Shown here: positions 33,102-43,664 of the stretch, piece after piece
Layout: each line of letters begins with the position of its first letter
How positions within the stretch are numbered: the first letter of the stretch is position 1
IMG/VR virus record: IMGVR_UViG_3300025936_000016
Location: 40,656-104,655 of that record
Strand: one strand, 5' to 3'
From: a virus
Taxonomy: Duplodnaviria > Caudoviricetes
Length of the DNA stretch: 64,000 nucleotides
Position numbers and translations under genes: made by a program
Notes under the pieces: model-generated
The model's input: only the letters and a program-made list of their open reading frames with translations
Told to the model about the DNA's origin: nothing
Database searches by the model: none

Positions 33102-33583
33102 TGAGCACTTCCCGCGTCTACCACGCCCAGCTCTACACCCAGACCACGCGCCAGGCGCAACGGTACGTGAACAGGATCCTCAACGAGATCCAACGGGAAG
33201 CCAAGGCCATTGCCCTGGTCGGGCCCTACACCACGGGGCGACTGGCCAGGAGTATCGACAAGACCGGTCCTGTCACCGAAGGATTCGTTGTACGCGGCAA
33301 GGTCGGCACCCGGCTGAGTTACGCCAGCGCCGTGGAAAAGGGCGCCCAGATCCACGACATCTTCCCCAAGCGCGCAGCCCATGTCTACCGGTTCGGTCGG
33401 GTCAGGCCGCCCATGCTCAAGTTCCGTTGGCGAGGACGGCTGGTCTACGCCAATCAAGTTCCCATGGGTCCTGGAACCATTGGTGTCTCGCACCCGGGCC
33501 AGAAGGGCAAGGGCTTCCTTATCCGGCCGCTACGAAACGCAGCTATACGGCACCGCATGACAATTATCGTGTACGAGCTATAG
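33101..33583 (+). CDS. HK97 gp10-like tail completion protein
   Basis: TGRLARSI, YASAVEKGAQIHDIFPK, VSHPGQKGKGFL. Confidence 0.65.
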   Translation: MSTSRVYHAQLYTQTTRQAQRYVNRILNEIQREAKAIALVGPYTTGRLARSIDKTGPVTEGFVVRGKVGTRLSYASAVEKGAQIHDIFPKRAAHVYRFGRVRPPMLKFRWRGRLVYANQVPMGPGTIGVSHPGQKGKGFLIRPLRNAAIRHRMTIIVYEL

Positions 33584-33593
33584 CATCGGCGCC

Positions 33594-33956
33594 ATGACAG
33601 ATCCAACTCCTGGAGCAGTGCGACCCGTAACCGTTCGGGACCGGAAAATTCTCGTCCGTAAGCTCATCGACACCCAGTACATGCTTCTGAACCGTTGCGC
33701 CCAGATCCTCACCCGCCCACACGTCGACAAGGGCAAGAAGCTCGAAACCATCGACCGGATGTTCACCGTTCTCGAATCGGCCATCGTCAATGATGAGGAC
33801 CGGGAGTTCCTTGAGGACCTTATGGCTGAAGGAAAACTGGATCTACGTGAGCTACTGGGCTTCGTGACCGTGTTCGAGGGCGACGAAGAGGACGACAGCA
33901 AGGTCGAGGAACAGCCTAAGGTTCGCCGTGCCCGTACGCCGGCCAAGCGCGCCTAG
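33594..33956 (+). CDS. tail assembly chaperone (putative)
   Basis: Position upstream of the tape measure gene. Confidence 0.55.
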   Translation: MTDPTPGAVRPVTVRDRKILVRKLIDTQYMLLNRCAQILTRPHVDKGKKLETIDRMFTVLESAIVNDEDREFLEDLMAEGKLDLRELLGFVTVFEGDEEDDSKVEEQPKVRRARTPAKRA

Positions 33957-34524
33957 CCGTCCAGCACTGCCTCCTACCCAGGAATCCACCCGAGTCATTG
34001 TTCCGAAGCAGAACAAAGACCCGATCTGGTCGCTAAGGCCCTGGCCGATCGTCCTCGCTGTCGGTGGCCGGGACTTCGACGTGCCCGCCATGGTCGCCAC
34101 GGACTGGCTCGTGTACCTGATGGCCGATCCAATGGACATTGACGGCCTCATCGAGGAGATCATTCCAGACCTGGACAAAGCGATCTATGAGCTGGAGATC
34201 GACCTCGGCGAAGCTTACTTTGCGTGCTTGGACCTGATCACTACGGTAGCGGCTCGGTCCTGGTGGATCGCAGCTCGCCTCGTATACATAGCGGCTCAGT
34301 CTTGGCACGTCATCGGGCCCAAACTCATTGACCGGGGCGCTGATCCCAATACCCTCTCCCTGGCCGCATGGCTTGATGTCCTCCTGGTCACCGTTCTCGA
34401 CAACATGGACCCGAAAGACACCACCATGTTCGTCATGAAACTGGAAGCTGCCCCGGCTACTGAGTCGGCACCGGAGGAGGAGATGGAAATGGACCGGGAT
34501 GCCTTCCTTTCCATGGGTGGTTAG
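33928..34524 (+). CDS. second tail assembly chaperone-like protein (start uncertain)
   Basis: ARSWWIAARL, LSLAAWLD; position. Confidence 0.55.
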   Translation: MPVRRPSAPSRPALPPTQESTRVIVPKQNKDPIWSLRPWPIVLAVGGRDFDVPAMVATDWLVYLMADPMDIDGLIEEIIPDLDKAIYELEIDLGEAYFACLDLITTVAARSWWIAARLVYIAAQSWHVIGPKLIDRGADPNTLSLAAWLDVLLVTVLDNMDPKDTTMFVMKLEAAPATESAPEEEMEMDRDAFLSMGG

Positions 34525-34594
34525 TTACACTGTTGCCAGCGTCGCTTAGCCATGCTCGCACGCATCATCACTAGTTCTGAGGGGTGGTGTCGCC

Positions 34595-36688
34595 GTGACT
34601 AGGCCGCCGGTCGGTGAGGTCTTTGTCGACGTCCACGCCAATACCGACAAAGTCGATCCCGAGATGGAGGCTGGCCTTAAGAAGGCCGCCGCTGAAGCGG
34701 ATGACGAACTTGATGATGTAGGTAAAAAATGGGGCAAGACCCTTGGCGACGCCATGGAGAAGGAGCTTGAGAAGAACGGCCCCGACCTGGCCCGTTCGGT
34801 CCAGCGGGGAGTCGACCGGGAGCGCGTCGTCAGCAAGGTCGTCGTTGAGTACGACTCCGAGGGCAATGCCAGTCGACGCTGGGTCACCACGGTGGCCCGG
34901 GACCTGGAACGGAAGGTCAGGGATTCGGTCTCTGGCGGTGGCGCAACCGGAGGGCCCTTCAGCAAGGTCAGTCAGGCCATCTCGGATGCCATCGGGGCTG
35001 GCTTCAACATCTCTGGTAGATCGCCCCTGATCGCGTTCCTGGTTCCGTTGGTCGGATTCATTGGCGAGCTGATTGTGGGTGCCATCCAAGGCGCCAGTGC
35101 CTTGGTCCCGGTCCTCCTCTCCATCCCCGGCCTCATCGGCGCCATCGCCATCCAGGCCGGAGTCCTGCTCGCTGCCTTCCAGGGCGTGGGCACAGCCATT
35201 CAGGGCGCCTTCGCGGCCAAGAATGCTGACGAGCTGAAGAAGGCCCTGGAGGGCCTGACCCCAGCCGCCCAGGCGTTCGTCAAGTCGCTGCTGCCCATGA
35301 AGGACTTCCTCAAGGCCGTCCAGGACATCGCCCAAGAGAAGTTCTTCGTGGCCTTCGGCAATTCCATCGATGTCATGGTCAAGGCCCTGGGTGGAATCGT
35401 CTACGCCAACATCGGAGGACTGGCCGACGCCCTGGGCAACCTGGGCCGGACCATCGTGACCTTCTTCGCCGACCCTACGTTCACCCGGTTCTTCATATGG
35501 CTGTTCTCGTACACAGTCAAATGGGTCAATGACTTCTCAACAGCCATAGAGAGCTTCCTCCGGGGCCTGGCCAACATCGGCTACGCCCTCATGCCGTTCA
35601 TGGACTGGCTCGGCGAAGGTCTCAACGACGCCCTCAGGAAGTTCGGCGACTACCTCAGTAACCTCTCCACCGACCAGGACTTCCTCACGTGGGTAGACCA
35701 CATGAAGTCCAGCCTGAGCGCCCTGGGCGATGTCCTGAAGGCGGCCTTGGGCGTCGTGGTTAACCTTGCCGACTCCATCGATAAGGCTGGCGGCGAGGAC
35801 ACGCTCAAGAACATTGCCGAGCAGCTGACGGTCCTGGGCGACTTCCTGAAGTCGGACGTGGCCGTCAAGGGCATTGAGGGCCTCGTCCATGCCCTTGAGC
35901 TTCTGAGCGTGATCCTGATCGGTAACGTCATCACAGTCTTCGCCCTCTTCGCCGCGTTCGAGACGATCGCCGAATGGCTAAAGAACACGTTCTGGCCGTG
36001 GATTACGGACTTCTTCTCCAACACGGTCCCTGAGTTCTTTGAGTCAGTCGGCCACGCAATCATGACCTTCTTCACGTGGGTGGGGGAAGGCGTCTCGGCA
36101 TTGGTCAAGGCCATTGGCCAGTTCTTCGCAGACCTACTTGCCTGGATCATCAAGACGCTGTTTGACATTGCGGGCTGGATCACGACCCACGTCCACGACT
36201 GGGCTCAGGCCATCATCGACTTCTTTACCGGCATACCGACCCGAGTCAAGGATGCGGTGGGGGATCTGAAGGACACCCTGGTCCAGGCCGGCAAGAATCT
36301 TGTCCAGGGACTTATTGACGGCGCCCTGTCCATGGCTGGCCCACTGGGCGGCGCCATGGGCTGGTTGGCCCAGAAGGCCAAGGACTACTTCAACCACTCA
36401 CCGGCCAAAGAGGGCCCCCTGGCTGGTCGAGGTGACCCCTTCTACTCGGGCCAGGAGTTCGTTCAAAGGCTCGCCGCCGGTATGACCATGGAGGCACCAG
36501 TGCTAGCGGCAGCTAGCAACAATCTGGCTACCAACATCTACTTTGGCCCCGGGTCTGTGCAGCAAGGATTCTATGGAGCGCCACCCACGGGCGCGGAGGC
36601 CGCCCGTGTCGGCAATGGCGCTGGGAATGGTATAGCGGATGCCTTGGCTCGCCGGGACGTTCGGCTAGCTGTCAGAGCAATGGCCTAG
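34595..36688 (+). CDS. tape measure protein (short)
   Basis: VGEVFVDVHA N-terminus, amphipathic Ala/Leu/Phe repeats, GKNLVQGLIDG, HSPAKEGPL. Confidence 0.85.
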   Translation: MTRPPVGEVFVDVHANTDKVDPEMEAGLKKAAAEADDELDDVGKKWGKTLGDAMEKELEKNGPDLARSVQRGVDRERVVSKVVVEYDSEGNASRRWVTTVARDLERKVRDSVSGGGATGGPFSKVSQAISDAIGAGFNISGRSPLIAFLVPLVGFIGELIVGAIQGASALVPVLLSIPGLIGAIAIQAGVLLAAFQGVGTAIQGAFAAKNADELKKALEGLTPAAQAFVKSLLPMKDFLKAVQDIAQEKFFVAFGNSIDVMVKALGGIVYANIGGLADALGNLGRTIVTFFADPTFTRFFIWLFSYTVKWVNDFSTAIESFLRGLANIGYALMPFMDWLGEGLNDALRKFGDYLSNLSTDQDFLTWVDHMKSSLSALGDVLKAALGVVVNLADSIDKAGGEDTLKNIAEQLTVLGDFLKSDVAVKGIEGLVHALELLSVILIGNVITVFALFAAFETIAEWLKNTFWPWITDFFSNTVPEFFESVGHAIMTFFTWVGEGVSALVKAIGQFFADLLAWIIKTLFDIAGWITTHVHDWAQAIIDFFTGIPTRVKDAVGDLKDTLVQAGKNLVQGLIDGALSMAGPLGGAMGWLAQKAKDYFNHSPAKEGPLAGRGDPFYSGQEFVQRLAAGMTMEAPVLAAASNNLATNIYFGPGSVQQGFYGAPPTGAEAARVGNGAGNGIADALARRDVRLAVRAMA

Positions 36689-36697
36689 GAGTAATGG

Positions 36698-39600
36698 ATG
36701 CCTGACTACAATCCTCATTCTCCACAGATCCTGGGCCAGGAGTTCGTTGCCATACGGGACGAGGACATCACCTTCGACCCGTTCGCTGACACCTATGAGC
36801 GCGGCTTCGGATTCACCACCACCACCACTCAGACCGTAGACAATGCCCACGTCTATCTGAACACTTTCCCAGGGAAGTTCTTCTACAACGACTGCCTGAC
36901 CGTTGGCATCTACCCAAGGGGCACCGAGGACCGCTCCGGCCCTGTTCGCAGGGTCATCATCCCATGCAACAACGCCATTGTTACTGGCGACAATGGTGGA
37001 CTGGGCCTCTCGGCTGTCGCATTTGGCGGTGGTGCAACTACTGGGCAAGACGCTGTCTGGAACCCGAGCGGTCTCCAGTACCTCGACATCCGGGTCGGGG
37101 AGCTGTACCGGTCACGTAGCTCATTCTTCTTCGACGTCAACCGTTACAGCAACCTTCTCAGCGGCAAGAGGATCCTCGGGGTCAACTTCCTCACCACTCT
37201 CGACGTGGGATCCACCATCTCGAACGGAGGAAATGACCAAGGGTTCCTGTCGCAGGGAATTGGTAACGGTGCCTCAATCATCGGCACCGGCAAGACTGTG
37301 TTCTACAAGCCTCTTGCTACCCCCCAGACGCCATCCACAACACTGGAGTTCGTCCGTACTCGACTTGGCGACGTCAATCCATTCTTCGGCATCGCCGGCT
37401 TTACCAGCCTCGCCACCAACTTCGCTGGGGACGTATCGCAGTGGACGTATCCCGAGCTTCAGCGGTTCGAATTTTCTGCAGCGAACGCCCTGAACTACTG
37501 CATCTTCGTTGGCCCCGTAGGCGTGCAGTCCGGATCGACCAACTACATCGTCTCCTACGCAGCCCTGGAAGTGTTCTTCTGTGAAGAGGCGCGGATCGGG
37601 TACGGCACGAAGATCATTAACTTCGACTTCAGTACGACAACAACGATCCCGTACAAGTACGGGGCCAACGTCGTCCGCCTGCGCAACACCAGCGGTACCG
37701 GCCTCATCCTTCCCCCTGGAAGCTATAGCGTCACCTTCTCGGGCTCGAACATGGGCGAGAATTACCTGACCCTCCAGGACCCTGGCAACAACCCACTGTT
37801 CAATGAGCTTCGGGCCTTGAGGGAGTTCCCAGGCGTGCCGGGCATTCAGGTGAACCTGCCCTATCCGCTTGATGATGCCGCCCTGGGCACAACGCTCACA
37901 TCCGAGTCCACGCTGCTGATCCCGCAGATGTCCCTGCACGCGAGCGGTGCGGTAGGGACCACGCTCATTGACCCTCATGGGTATGGCCGGCTCGCACGAG
38001 GCCAGGTATGGGGAACCATCACGGCCACTCAGAATGTCAACGACTCTGTGACCCGTTTCGGTGGGGCCAGGCCCTGGCCCCAGGTCCGTTACTACGCCCG
38101 CCGTTTCGGCGAGACGACCGTGCCCTTGCGCCTGGACTGCCTCACTCCGGCGGTCTCAGGTACTGGCACATTCGTACAGATAACTCCAACAGACTTTGAT
38201 GCTCTCGACGAGATCGTGGACGGATGGAAAGAGGTCACACTCTCATTCACAACGGCGCCGAATATGGGCACCGGCACCTCGGCAACCTGGCGATGGTCGG
38301 CCATATCGGAGCAGTCGGGTAACCGCTGGGAGGTACTTGGCGTCACTGCGCCCGCTGTCTCTGGTCAACAGACATGGCTCAACCTCGACACCGCCTTCGC
38401 TCCCACAGCCCAGCAGCTTCAGACCACCACCTATGACTCTGGAGCGTCGGGTAGCACATTCCGTGAGTCATGGATGCCGTGGAATGGGCCGTATCAGTCT
38501 GCGACCACGGCCGACACCACGGCCGACGCGGTCCTGATATTCTCCCAGACTCTGCCAGCAGTTACTGGCTTCTCTGGCGCCACCCTGACTCAACAGCTTG
38601 CCACATTTGAGGACTGTGGCAATGAAGCCTGTTGTGTGCCTACAGCACTTCTCTACAATCGCCTGACCTGGGGGCTGCAACCGAATACAGGGATTGCTCA
38701 GGACTCCTTCACCCGTGTCGTAGCGAACGGATTGGGTAGTCCCGACCTGGGCGGTGGTGGTGCCTATGTCCTCAATGGAACAAATACACAATTCGCAGTA
38801 GACGGCACTAGAGCCGTCATAACACCCAATGCCTCTGGCACGGACTTGATGGGCACACTGCTCATTGGTCCGGACTTCGACGTCACCTGCGACCTGTCCA
38901 TGCGCGACGCACTGCTTACCGGCACATCGCGGATTGGGCTGGTGGGCCGGCTCACGGACGCCAACAACTTCTACTACGCCGAGCTTGACTACACAGCACC
39001 CAATGGACCAACGACTCTGTTCGTATCCAAGAAGGTGGGTGGTGTCTTCTCGGACCTTGGCCCATCAACAGGATTCGCCCTATCAAGCTCCGTCAATGCT
39101 GGCGGAACAATCAGGATGCGGTTCGTGGGCTATGGGTCAAAGATCATGGTCAAGGTGTGGCCGCCGCAGACGACGACTGAGCCTGTCAGCTGGGACTTCG
39201 TCACCACTGATACGAGCCTGACGACTGGCACACGCGCTGGTCTGTACGCCGGCATGCTCACTGCAGCTGGCGGTGTCATGACCTATGACAATCTCACCAT
39301 CACGCCGCCGGGGTTCTGGTTCGGCTCCTATGAGCTTCAGCGCATGGACTCCTTGACCGACTGGAAGACCATCATGCTGGCCACGTCGCCAGCGGTCACT
39401 GCGTTCAATGACTACGAGGCCCGAGTGGACCTCACGTCGTCGTACCGGATCCGGATGAACAACGCCCTAAACTTCCCAGGGACATGGTCGACGACTGTCC
39501 TCAACACCATTGCCAGCCCAGGCGTTTCCGGCGGTCCCTGCCTCAGTAGTGGCCACGTCATGATCTTCACGACGAACGAGCGCCAGGACGGCAGCGCCAA

Positions 39601-39982
39601 CCTAGCCTACGCCAACGCCTTCGATGGTCAGGTCGTTGAGGACTTCAGCTTCCCCGAGGCCGGATTCACCCAGTACCAGGCCATGTACAACCGCGACTTC
39701 TTCACGGCCTTCCGTCCCACCGAACGCGGTGGGGAGCAGTTCTCCAGGAGCATCCTGGTGTCTGCCGCTGCCATCTCACCAGAGACTCTTGCCAACTTCG
39801 TGGACCTTCGCGACTTGGCCTGGGATACCGTGCCCTACGTCTGCGTCCGTGACGAGGACGGGAACAGGTGGTTCGCCAACATCACCGTCCCGAGCGGAAA
39901 CGTTCGGAACAAGAGAAAGCTCTATATCGCCGATGTTCAGGTAACAGAGGTCACCGACACGCCATCGCCTGTGGACCCATGA
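36698..39982 (+). CDS. large minor tail protein (distal tail / receptor-binding-like)
   Basis: Thr/Gly/Ser beta-rich, 1094 aa, after the TMP; C-terminal VCVRDEDGNRWFA. Confidence 0.75.
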   Translation: MPDYNPHSPQILGQEFVAIRDEDITFDPFADTYERGFGFTTTTTQTVDNAHVYLNTFPGKFFYNDCLTVGIYPRGTEDRSGPVRRVIIPCNNAIVTGDNGGLGLSAVAFGGGATTGQDAVWNPSGLQYLDIRVGELYRSRSSFFFDVNRYSNLLSGKRILGVNFLTTLDVGSTISNGGNDQGFLSQGIGNGASIIGTGKTVFYKPLATPQTPSTTLEFVRTRLGDVNPFFGIAGFTSLATNFAGDVSQWTYPELQRFEFSAANALNYCIFVGPVGVQSGSTNYIVSYAALEVFFCEEARIGYGTKIINFDFSTTTTIPYKYGANVVRLRNTSGTGLILPPGSYSVTFSGSNMGENYLTLQDPGNNPLFNELRALREFPGVPGIQVNLPYPLDDAALGTTLTSESTLLIPQMSLHASGAVGTTLIDPHGYGRLARGQVWGTITATQNVNDSVTRFGGARPWPQVRYYARRFGETTVPLRLDCLTPAVSGTGTFVQITPTDFDALDEIVDGWKEVTLSFTTAPNMGTGTSATWRWSAISEQSGNRWEVLGVTAPAVSGQQTWLNLDTAFAPTAQQLQTTTYDSGASGSTFRESWMPWNGPYQSATTADTTADAVLIFSQTLPAVTGFSGATLTQQLATFEDCGNEACCVPTALLYNRLTWGLQPNTGIAQDSFTRVVANGLGSPDLGGGGAYVLNGTNTQFAVDGTRAVITPNASGTDLMGTLLIGPDFDVTCDLSMRDALLTGTSRIGLVGRLTDANNFYYAELDYTAPNGPTTLFVSKKVGGVFSDLGPSTGFALSSSVNAGGTIRMRFVGYGSKIMVKVWPPQTTTEPVSWDFVTTDTSLTTGTRAGLYAGMLTAAGGVMTYDNLTITPPGFWFGSYELQRMDSLTDWKTIMLATSPAVTAFNDYEARVDLTSSYRIRMNNALNFPGTWSTTVLNTIASPGVSGGPCLSSGHVMIFTTNERQDGSANLAYANAFDGQVVEDFSFPEAGFTQYQAMYNRDFFTAFRPTERGGEQFSRSILVSAAAISPETLANFVDLRDLAWDTVPYVCVRDEDGNRWFANITVPSGNVRNKRKLYIADVQVTEVTDTPSPVDP

Positions 39983-39983
39983 C

Positions 39984-41069
39984 ATGGTGCTCACCAACTT
40001 CCCCTCTGACTCCTTGCTGGACCTACCGCCATGGTCGGCCCAGAGAAAGGCGTCGTTTCGGTTTGAGCTGGCCGACCGGGTCTCCGGCCTTAAGCTGGGC
40101 GACATCACTCCAATCCGTACCGCGTCCCTTAGTCACAACACGACGAGGCTCGTCAAGCGGCAGCTGACCATTGCCTTGGGCGTCACTGACACTACGAACA
40201 TCAACCCGATCAGCGACATGGTCACTGTCTTTATGACGTTTCCTAGCGGCGCTGAGTATCCCCTTGGCCAGTTCATATTCACAGACGCCAGCTACCAGTT
40301 GTTCACCTCGGGACGCCTGTCCAATATGGTGCTGAACGACTTCATGTACCTGGTCAATCAACAGATCGAGAAGGGGTTCTCGGCACTGACCCTGGTCGGG
40401 ACCACCGCCACCCAAATAGGTTCGACGATCAGTAACTGCGTCAGTCGACTTGTTGATGACCTACCCATCCAAGTCAAGATTGAGGCGAGCCCCTTCCTCA
40501 CGGTCCAGACCTGGGCCCCAGGGGCGACCAAAGGAAGTATCTTCGAGGAGATAGCCCTCACGGGGGACTACTTCAGCCCCTGGTTCGACAACAACGGATT
40601 CATGAGGTGGATCCGCTCATTTGATCCGGCCCTGGCCATTCCTGACTTTGACTGGGATGCCGGGAATCAGGTGACTCGGGCGAACTTGCTTTCCACCAGC
40701 AATGTCCTCACCGCGCCCAACAGGTTTGTCGTCATCTCCAACAACCCCATTGATCCCAACATCCCCACCTTCGGCTCAGCAAACGTACCAGTAACCGCGC
40801 CGAACTCGATTCAGAACCGGGGATTCGTCATCCCCAAGATCGTCGATATGCAGGCCCTAGATACGTTGCAGTGCAACGCCATCGCCGCCAACCTAGTCCA
40901 AAGGCAAACCATCTTCGAGACCATGAACGTTGTAACAGCGGCAGACCCTCGTCACGACTCATACAACGTTGTTCATTGGCAAGGCGATCTGTGGTTGGAG
41001 CTGGCCTGGGACCTGCCCCTTAAAGAAGGAGCAGCCATGGGCCATACGCTACGGAAATCCTACAGGTGA
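39984..41069 (+). CDS. minor tail protein (hub-like)
   Basis: EYPLGQF, YFSPWFDNNG, PNRFVVISN, DPRHDSYNVV. Confidence 0.75.
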   Translation: MVLTNFPSDSLLDLPPWSAQRKASFRFELADRVSGLKLGDITPIRTASLSHNTTRLVKRQLTIALGVTDTTNINPISDMVTVFMTFPSGAEYPLGQFIFTDASYQLFTSGRLSNMVLNDFMYLVNQQIEKGFSALTLVGTTATQIGSTISNCVSRLVDDLPIQVKIEASPFLTVQTWAPGATKGSIFEEIALTGDYFSPWFDNNGFMRWIRSFDPALAIPDFDWDAGNQVTRANLLSTSNVLTAPNRFVVISNNPIDPNIPTFGSANVPVTAPNSIQNRGFVIPKIVDMQALDTLQCNAIAANLVQRQTIFETMNVVTAADPRHDSYNVVHWQGDLWLELAWDLPLKEGAAMGHTLRKSYR

Positions 41070-41073
41070 CCCA

Positions 41074-41850
41074 GTGACAGAATCTGTACTTACTACAGCG
41101 ACAGCATCCAGTGCCGAGGTATCTACCACATTGGTGGATTCCCTCATCGCGCAGGCAAGGGCACTTGGCCTGACCTGGACGCTACGCCTTGCCACGGTCA
41201 TCACAGTGACGCCACTTCAGGCCATCTTCGACAGTGATGACACTCCACTGGAAATGACATCAATGATCGGGCCTATCACATCGGGCTCAAGGATCTACGT
41301 CATCATCATTCCGCGCTCAGGAAACTTTGTCGTGGGTCGTGTCGGCGGAACTCCAACCCGGTACCTGGGCGCGAACATCGGGACAGCCACTGGGTTCGCC
41401 GCAAGCTCAACGGGCACCGAGGTCGCGTTTGCATCTTCCTTCTGGAACGTCGCTGAGCCCACCTTCACGTTCAGCCCACATGGCTTCTTCCGGCTCGAAG
41501 CCGAATTGGCGCCAGCACCCAGTACTGCGACGCCGAAGTCAGCCATCTGGAGAATTCGAAAGGGTCAGGCCACAACCACAGGGACTGTCCTTGGGGTCTT
41601 CTATGTCACCATGGCTGCCCCGTTTGCCAACGTCGGATTCTCCAACAGAGTCTTCTGCTACGTAAGAAACACCAGTGATTCTGACGTGGTCACCAAGTTG
41701 TCCATGACGGTGCAGGCATCCCTGGGCACAGGGGCATCGCAGATATATGCCGGAGACTCTGGCTCTCCCACATTCATCGCAGTCAAGGAGGTCGGAACCA
41801 TCGACGACACCGGGAACATGGTTCAAATATCCGCCAACATAGCTCTCTAA
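41074..41850 (+). CDS. minor tail protein (spike/fibre-like)
   Basis: N-terminal OB-like LRLATV...FVVGRV, beta-rich C-terminus. Confidence 0.6.
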   Translation: MTESVLTTATASSAEVSTTLVDSLIAQARALGLTWTLRLATVITVTPLQAIFDSDDTPLEMTSMIGPITSGSRIYVIIIPRSGNFVVGRVGGTPTRYLGANIGTATGFAASSTGTEVAFASSFWNVAEPTFTFSPHGFFRLEAELAPAPSTATPKSAIWRIRKGQATTTGTVLGVFYVTMAAPFANVGFSNRVFCYVRNTSDSDVVTKLSMTVQASLGTGASQIYAGDSGSPTFIAVKEVGTIDDTGNMVQISANIAL

Positions 41851-41860
41851 GGATGATGAT

Positions 41861-42937
41861 ATGAGAGTCATGGTCCTTCCGGCCGACATGGCCGGGTGCG
41901 GGAGTTACCGCCTCATCTGGGTCTCGGAATACCTCCAGTCTCAGGGCTACGACGTCACGATCCAGTACCCCAAGGACCCTAAGACCGGCATGGAGGTTCA
42001 CTTCCGAGGCGACGTCGTGGGTGATCCCAATGCTGAGATCATTGACGTGCGGCTGGACCAGGAAGCCGATGTGCTCGTTATGCAGCGACTGAGCCACACC
42101 TGGCACAGCAGGGCGGTCCAGGTACTTCGTCAAAAGGGCATGGCCGTCGTCATCGACATGGATGACGACCTGTCCTGTATCCATCGCGACAACAAGGCCT
42201 ACTGGACCTATCACCCCAGGAATACCCGTACGCCATTCTCCTGGAAAAACGTGGAGCAGGCGTGCAAAGACGCCACCATGGTGACGGTCTCCACCAAGGA
42301 ACTGCTCAAGGTATACGCCCGGCACGGACGTGGGCATGTCCTCGACAACTACATCCCAGCCCGGGTCCTGAACATCTCGGTGGACCAGGAGAAGGTCTTT
42401 GGCTGGGCCGGGACGACGGACAGCCACCCGAACGACTGCCAGGTCACGGGCAACGCGGTCCAGCAGCTCATCGACGACGGCTACGACTTCAAGATCGTTG
42501 GCCCTGCGTCCCGGAGTCAGCAAGTGTTCCGACTCAAGGAAGAGCCCCGGAACACGGGCACCTTGTCGCCTTTCAACTGGACGACGGAGGTGGCCCGGCT
42601 TCAGGTTGCCATGGCCCCGCTGGCGACCACCGCGTTCAACACCTCGAAGTCCAGGCTCAAGGTTCTGGAGGCCTCGTCGGTCGGCGTGCCCTGGGTGGCG
42701 TCCCCTCGGGCCGAGTACCGACGCTTCCATCAGGAATGTGGGGGTGGGATACTCGCTGACAACCCAAAGGACTGGTATAAAAACGTCAAGCAGCTGATGG
42801 ATGACTCGGGGTTGCGTAAGGAGCTGGCCGAACGGGGCCGGACCTTCTGCCAGTCACAGACGATTGAAGGCAACGCATGGCGGACATGGGAAGCATGGGA
42901 GCGGGCCCTGAAAATTCAGCGAGGCGTGACCACCTAG
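41861..42937 (+). CDS. glycosyltransferase (GT-B, family 4-like)
   Basis: GCGSYRL, IDMDDDL, FGWAGT, MAPLATTAFNTSKSRLKVLEASSVGVPWVAS. Confidence 0.88.
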   Translation: MRVMVLPADMAGCGSYRLIWVSEYLQSQGYDVTIQYPKDPKTGMEVHFRGDVVGDPNAEIIDVRLDQEADVLVMQRLSHTWHSRAVQVLRQKGMAVVIDMDDDLSCIHRDNKAYWTYHPRNTRTPFSWKNVEQACKDATMVTVSTKELLKVYARHGRGHVLDNYIPARVLNISVDQEKVFGWAGTTDSHPNDCQVTGNAVQQLIDDGYDFKIVGPASRSQQVFRLKEEPRNTGTLSPFNWTTEVARLQVAMAPLATTAFNTSKSRLKVLEASSVGVPWVASPRAEYRRFHQECGGGILADNPKDWYKNVKQLMDDSGLRKELAERGRTFCQSQTIEGNAWRTWEAWERALKIQRGVTT

Positions 42938-42947
42938 GCAGCGCTCA

Positions 42948-43664
42948 GTGACTGCTCAATTTGCAGTCGTATCCAAGCGGCCCCCAGCGGCCAGTCGATT
43001 CGCGGTCGTCCCCACCAACCGTCGTCCGTGTGTGCTCAAGGCCCTGGGCGCCATCGCCCCGCAGGTCGATAAGGTCATCGTTATCGAGACCCTTGGGTCC
43101 ATCGCCCCAGATCCCGTGCATAGCAACGCTATCCGGGCCCATGCCCCTGGCGTCAGCATCTTCGTAGATGACAAGCCGGGCATGAGCGTGTCCCGGTGGT
43201 GGAACAAGGGCCTGGGCCTGGCTCAGCACTTCGCCCGAAGGGCCGGTCTGGAAAAGTGGGAAGTCGCCGTCCTCAACGACGACGTCATCGTGCCCGAGGG
43301 CTGGTTCGACGCCGTGTCCCATGGCCTGCGCCACCTCCAGGCCGTGGCCGCCTGCTCTGGCGGCCTCCTCCCGAAGCCGATCCTGCACACCAAGCCAGGG
43401 CCGGTGAACCTCATGACCCGCATGCAGGGCTTCGCCTACATGCTGGCCGGAGAGTGGGAACTCAGGGCCGACGAGACCATGCCGTGGTGGTGCTCTGACG
43501 ATGACCTGGACTGGACGGCGAGGGCCCTTGGCGGCATGGTCATGATCCCTGGCTTCCACGTCGACCACCTCTATCCCAATGGCCAGATGACACCGGAACT
43601 CCACGTCCAGGCCGGCCAGGACATGGAGACCTTCGTGGCCAAGTGGAAAGAGAGGCCCTGGTGA
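42948..43664 (+). CDS. glycosyltransferase (GT-A/GT2-like)
   Basis: VVPT, SRWWNKGL, VLNDDV, WWCSDDDL. Confidence 0.8.
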   Translation: MTAQFAVVSKRPPAASRFAVVPTNRRPCVLKALGAIAPQVDKVIVIETLGSIAPDPVHSNAIRAHAPGVSIFVDDKPGMSVSRWWNKGLGLAQHFARRAGLEKWEVAVLNDDVIVPEGWFDAVSHGLRHLQAVAACSGGLLPKPILHTKPGPVNLMTRMQGFAYMLAGEWELRADETMPWWCSDDDLDWTARALGGMVMIPGFHVDHLYPNGQMTPELHVQAGQDMETFVAKWKERPW

